Shown here piece by piece: positions 62,100 to 64,000 of a stretch of 64,000 nt of DNA; within the stretch, counting starts at the first letter, position 1; every line of letters begins with the position of its first letter. The stretch spans positions 669,276 through 733,275 of the forward strand of contig CAWARO010000003.1 of assembly GCA_963784445.1 (NCBI GenBank), written 5' to 3'. A model generated the notes under the pieces. The model was not told where the DNA came from. It saw only the letters and a list, made by a program, of their open reading frames with translations, and ran no database searches. Origin of the DNA: an uncultured Acidimicrobiia bacterium. GTDB lineage: Bacteria; Acidobacteriota; Vicinamibacteria; Vicinamibacterales; UBA2999. Both the position numbers and the translations under genes were made by a program.

Positions 62100-63713
62100 A
62101 TGAAACGTGCAAGCACATTGGTGATGGTGACGCTGGCGTTGTCCTTCGGGATGACGCCAGTGGCGGCGCAGGACAGCGCCGCCAGGCTCGAGGGCCAGAA
62201 GAAAGAGGCGGTCCGAGCCGTTGACGAAATGGCCAAGCTCGCGCAGGAGATGGTCGACTCGGTCTTCAGCTTCGGCGAGCTCGGCATGCAGGAAGTCGAA
62301 ACGTCGCGGTACCTCACCGCGCAGCTCGAGAAGTTCGGCTTCAGGGTCACGCGCGGGCAGTCGGGCATGCCGACGGCGTGGGTGGCCACCTGGGGATCGG
62401 GCAAGCCGGTGATTGCGCTGGGCTCCGACATCGACGGCATTCCGCAGTCGTCTCAGAAACCCGGCGTCGCGTATTTCGATCCGATCATCGAGGGCGCGCC
62501 GGGACATGGTGAAGGCCACAACACCGGCATGCCGCTCAACATCGTCGCGGCCATTGCCGTGAAACGAATCATGGAGCGCGACAAGCTGCCGGGCACGATC
62601 ATGCTGTGGCCCGGCGTGGCCGAAGAGCTCGTGGCGTCAAAAGCGTGGTTCGTGCGCGACGGCATGTTCAAGGACGTGGACATCAACCTGTTCACGCACG
62701 TCGGCGGCAACCTCGGCGTGGGCTGGGGCCAGCAGGGCGGCACCGGCCTCGTGTCGGTCGAGTACACGTTTGAAGGTGAGACGGCGCACAGCGCCGGCGC
62801 GCCGTGGCGCGGACGATCGGCCCTCGATGCCGTCGAGCTGATGAGCGTGGGCTGGAACTACCGGCGCGAGCACCTGCGCCTGTCGCACCGCTCGCACCAG
62901 GTGATCACCAACGGCGGCGACCAGCCCAACGTGGTGCCGCGCAACGCCAGCATCTGGTTTTACTTCCGTGAGATCGATCAACCGCACATCAAGGAGCTGT
63001 GGGAGATCGGCAACAAGATGGCCGAAGGCGCGGCGCTGATGACCAACACCAAGGTCACCTCACGCATCCTCGGCACCGCGTATCCGCGCCACTTCAACAA
63101 GGTGGTCGCCGAAACGATGTACGCCAACATCAAGACGGTGGGCCTGCCGACGTGGAGTGACGCCGACCAGACCCTGGCCAAGGCGCTGCAGAAGGAGCTT
63201 GGCAACCCGGAACAGAATGGCCTGGCGGTGAAGCTGGGTGACATGGGGCAGCCGTTGCCGCTCGAGCGAAACAACGGTGGTGGCTCGGACGACATCGGCG
63301 ACATCTCGTGGAACATGCCGACGGTGACGCTGAGCTATCCCGCGAACATCCCGGGCTTGCCCGGCCACAATTGGTCGAGTGGCATCGCCAGCGCCACGCC
63401 GATCGCGCACAAGGGCGTGGTCGCCGGCGCGAAGGTGCAGGCGATGACGATTCTGGATCTGCTCACCAAGCCCGAGCTAATCAAGGGCGCGTGGGACTAT
63501 TTCAACAACGTGCAGCAGAAGGAGCACAAGTACGTGCCCTTCATCACCAAGGACACGCCGCCGGCCACGCACTTGAACAAGGCGATCCTCGAGAAGTATC
63601 GCGACCAGATGCGGAAGTTCTATTACGACCCGACGAAGTTCCCGACCTATCTCGATCAGCTGGGAATTAAGTACCCGACGGTTCGCCCGAACACGTCGAG
63701 CCAGCAGCAGTAA
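62100..63713 (+). CDS. secreted M20-family amidohydrolase (AbgB-like), copy 2
   Basis: 537 aa tandem paralog. Its start codon directly abuts the stop of copy 1. Confidence 0.85.
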   Translation: MKRASTLVMVTLALSFGMTPVAAQDSAARLEGQKKEAVRAVDEMAKLAQEMVDSVFSFGELGMQEVETSRYLTAQLEKFGFRVTRGQSGMPTAWVATWGSGKPVIALGSDIDGIPQSSQKPGVAYFDPIIEGAPGHGEGHNTGMPLNIVAAIAVKRIMERDKLPGTIMLWPGVAEELVASKAWFVRDGMFKDVDINLFTHVGGNLGVGWGQQGGTGLVSVEYTFEGETAHSAGAPWRGRSALDAVELMSVGWNYRREHLRLSHRSHQVITNGGDQPNVVPRNASIWFYFREIDQPHIKELWEIGNKMAEGAALMTNTKVTSRILGTAYPRHFNKVVAETMYANIKTVGLPTWSDADQTLAKALQKELGNPEQNGLAVKLGDMGQPLPLERNNGGGSDDIGDISWNMPTVTLSYPANIPGLPGHNWSSGIASATPIAHKGVVAGAKVQAMTILDLLTKPELIKGAWDYFNNVQQKEHKYVPFITKDTPPATHLNKAILEKYRDQMRKFYYDPTKFPTYLDQLGIKYPTVRPNTSSQQQ

Positions 63714-63716
63714 TTC

Positions 63717-63798
63717 GCAGAAGAAAAGAGGTCGCAAGGATTAGAAGGCATTTAGCAAAAATGCCTCCTGATCCTTGCCATCTCTCATTCTTCTGTGC
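63717..63798. repeat. long composite hairpin, purine-rich family (GCAGAAGAAAAGAGG...)
   Basis: Stems CAGAAGAA/TTCTTCTG (outer), GCAAGGA/TCCTTGC and GGCATTT/AAATGCC (inner). Directly downstream of the M20 copy 2 stop. Confidence 0.6.
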
Positions 63799-63810
63799 AC
63801 AGTTGACAGC

Positions 63811-64000
63811 GTGCCGTTGTTCTTTCGCCGCACGCACGCGGTCGTCGTCATCGTGCTGCTCGTCGCGTCACACGCCGCCGCGCAATCCGTTGAGATCGCC
63901 CCGTTCGGTGGTTATCGATTGGGGTGGGGCGTCTCGGATGTCGGGGGCGCTCCCGTCGTCGACGACGACGGCGGTGTGAGTTTCGGCGTCGTCGCGAACA
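63811..64000 (+). CDS. partial ORF, putative secreted protein (runs off window)
   Basis: GTG start, then VPLFFRRTHAVVVIVLLVASHAAAQS signal-like sequence. Open to the end of the window and absent from the ORF track. Confidence 0.35.
   Translation, partial: MPLFFRRTHAVVVIVLLVASHAAAQSVEIAPFGGYRLGWGVSDVGGAPVVDDDGGVSFGVVAN

Noticed and set aside
60186-62519. 777-aa minus-strand ORF spanning the POP 3' end and both M20 genes
   Set aside because: It crosses three well-supported plus-strand genes and has no motifs; artefact.

Overview
GC-rich bacterial chromosomal window. The gene families present (PSCyt/DUF1592 + DUF1552 pair, PadR, TPR-fused Ser/Thr kinases, Omp85 fusions, many secreted peptidases) suggest an Acidobacteriota-like soil organism; this is inference only. 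I support about 55 protein genes. I saw no rRNA, tRNA, CRISPR array, transposase, integrase or phage genes. Mostly ordinary content: a pyruvate dehydrogenase operon (aceE-E2-lpd) with lipA nearby, benzoyl-CoA box genes (boxC, boxB) with a TetR regulator, a MacAB-like efflux operon, an SPFH gene, SCO1, and several peptidases and amidohydrolases including a tandem M20 duplication. Main hunt results: (1) At least ten single-nucleotide frame breaks sit in otherwise well-conserved genes (E2, DUF1592, both kinases, boxC, boxB, possibly a TlpA-like gene). Five or six share the context 'extra G/C immediately 5' of a T(A/C)C codon'. This is most likely a systematic sequencing error, but the recurrence is worth checking. 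(2) Intergenic hairpins are built from tandem 7-9 nt units. One family uses GGTCYTRR octamers containing CCTAGG/CTTAAG (3 copies), a second is purine-rich (CAGAAGAAAAG, 2 copies), and a third is a GC-rich GGGCGG(G/C)AC-TTT hairpin (4 copies). (3) A loose cluster holds a stand-alone EpiD/LanD-type HFCD flavoprotein, a COMT-type methyltransferase, a C1-peptidase/alpha-beta-hydrolase fusion and a kinase. Next to it is a 23-codon Lys-rich ORF that has a Shine-Dalgarno and ends in ...KTGFC. This is a speculative RiPP-like candidate. (4) A sigma54-dependent two-component operon is embedded among three cupredoxin-type genes (type-1-like, CuA-like, lipoprotein) and two beta-barrel genes. All functional calls come from motif recognition by eye; no searches were run.
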